DNA from: Azolla caroliniana
Taxonomy: Eukaryota > Plantae > Polypodiophyta
Assembly (NCBI GenBank): GCA_043228905.1
Contig: JBHGNT010001397.1
Span: 1-9,025 of the forward strand
Direction of reading: 5' to 3'
Length of the DNA stretch: 9,025 bases
A model generated the notes under the pieces. That model had not been told where the DNA came from and ran no database searches. It was given only the letters and a program-made list of their open reading frames with translations. Made by a program: the position numbers and the translations under genes. Positions 8,189 to 9,025 of this stretch are shown piece by piece. Positions within the stretch are counted from its first letter, which is position 1, and the number at the start of each line of letters is the position of its first letter.

Positions 8189-8680
8189 GATGCCCAATGC
8201 GATTATGAACATGTTACAACCCTCGCCATAGCATATGAGTAATAATCAATTTGAAGTGTCATGTTAATGCAAATGATATGGCCAACATGCATGGAAATGA
8301 AAGGATTCTTAGATACAATCGAAAGAATGATAGTAGGCTAGAAGTATTCAAGATTGAAAGACGGTAAGATTATACATGTTTTGGTGGTTATATTTTTCCA
8401 TGGAAGTTTGAGAAAACACAAGACACAAAAAGAGAAGGATCTCAATCTTAAAATTTTTAATCAAAGCTTCATATTATTTGTTTACCATAATCTTACTCAT
8501 GATAATGCGTCTATGATATTTTTCACATATTGTTTCTCACCTACTCAATGAAACGTGACAAGTTGTCACATGAGTGGCACTGAGAGGTATGGTCACTACT
8601 ATGACCAATAACCTCAATGTAAGAGGTCTATGGTTCAAGTCTAAGCTTACCAAACTTGTGCTTGTATGCTTAATTCAACT

Positions 8681-8690
8681 TCTCCACTTC
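8681..8690 (-). mobile_element. Degenerate polypurine tract; probable 3' LTR starts at ~8680 and runs leftwards
   Basis: Minus strand ttGAAGTGGAGA|agttgaatt lies just after the RNase H end, comparable to the usual copia ttgAGGGGGAG|TGTTG. The terminal TG is not intact. Confidence 0.45.
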
Positions 8691-8699
8691 AACATATAT

Positions 8700-9025
8700 T
8701 TATATAATTAAGTCTTGCTTTTTTCAAAATTTGAATAATTCATATGTTGGAAGGGCCTTAGTGAAATATTAATCATTATGTTTGTGAAAAGGTAATTGCA
8801 GGGGTTATGTTTGATATACATACTTTAAATCTATAACCCCTGCAATTACCTTTTCACAAACATAATGATTTTCCTTTTTTCCTCCAAGATTTGCATTTTT
8901 TTCCATTGGTATTTTAATGACTTTACAATCATGTATACCAAATGCTTTCAAATCATCCATTACATATTTTTTCTGACATAACATACGACCATTAGGGCAT
9001 TCCACAACTTCCAAACCAAGAAAAT
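8700..9025 (-). pseudogene. pol: Ty1/copia pol remnant: RT (RVT_2) C-terminal part fused to the end of RNase H
   Basis: FLGLEVVECPNGRMLCQKKYVMDDLKAFGIHDCKVIKIPMEKNANL (copia RT YFLGxEV...QxKY...FGMxDCK...PMExNxKL), then HYVCEKVIAGVIDLKYV and, past the inverted arm, FTKALPTYELFKF* (RNase H HxxREKVxxGxIxLxYV...ADIFTKAL). Confidence 0.9.
8771..8870. repeat. Perfect 38-bp inverted repeat with a 24-nt spacer
   Basis: 8771-8808 aatcattatgtttgtgaaaaggtaattgcaggggttat is the exact reverse complement of 8833-8870 ataacccctgcaattaccttttcacaaacataatgatt. Confidence 0.98.

Noticed and set aside
8555-8569. gtgacaa-g-ttgtcac palindrome
   Set aside because: A single 7-bp-arm palindrome in probable LTR remnant, with nothing else supporting a function
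1254-8680. Left and right copia pieces as one element enclosing J20
   Set aside because: Both are on the minus strand with pol upstream of the 5' LTR/gag, which is the wrong order, and their LTR-like sequences show no visible similarity. They are separate insertions.

Overview
Eukaryotic land-plant nuclear DNA. The copia gag resembles fern-type elements as I recall them, which is unverified. There is one intact gene, a two-exon chloroplast J-domain co-chaperone of the J20 type (+ strand, 5349-5876 and 7062-7199, 221 aa), set among decayed retrotransposons. Left: a Ty1/copia 5' end on the minus strand (LTR, tRNA-iMet PBS, frameshifted gag), cut off at about 406 by an unrelated LTR-like segment that carries a dense heat-shock-element array next to its TATA box. 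Right: a copia RT/RNase H remnant with a large in-frame internal deletion and a perfect 38-bp inverted duplication forming a 100-nt hairpin. The J20 intron holds about 15 irregularly spaced copies of a palindromic TAACCATGGTTA-cored unit. There are also 187-bp, 72-bp and 37-bp tandem duplications. Most ORFs in the supplied track are spurious or pseudogene pieces.
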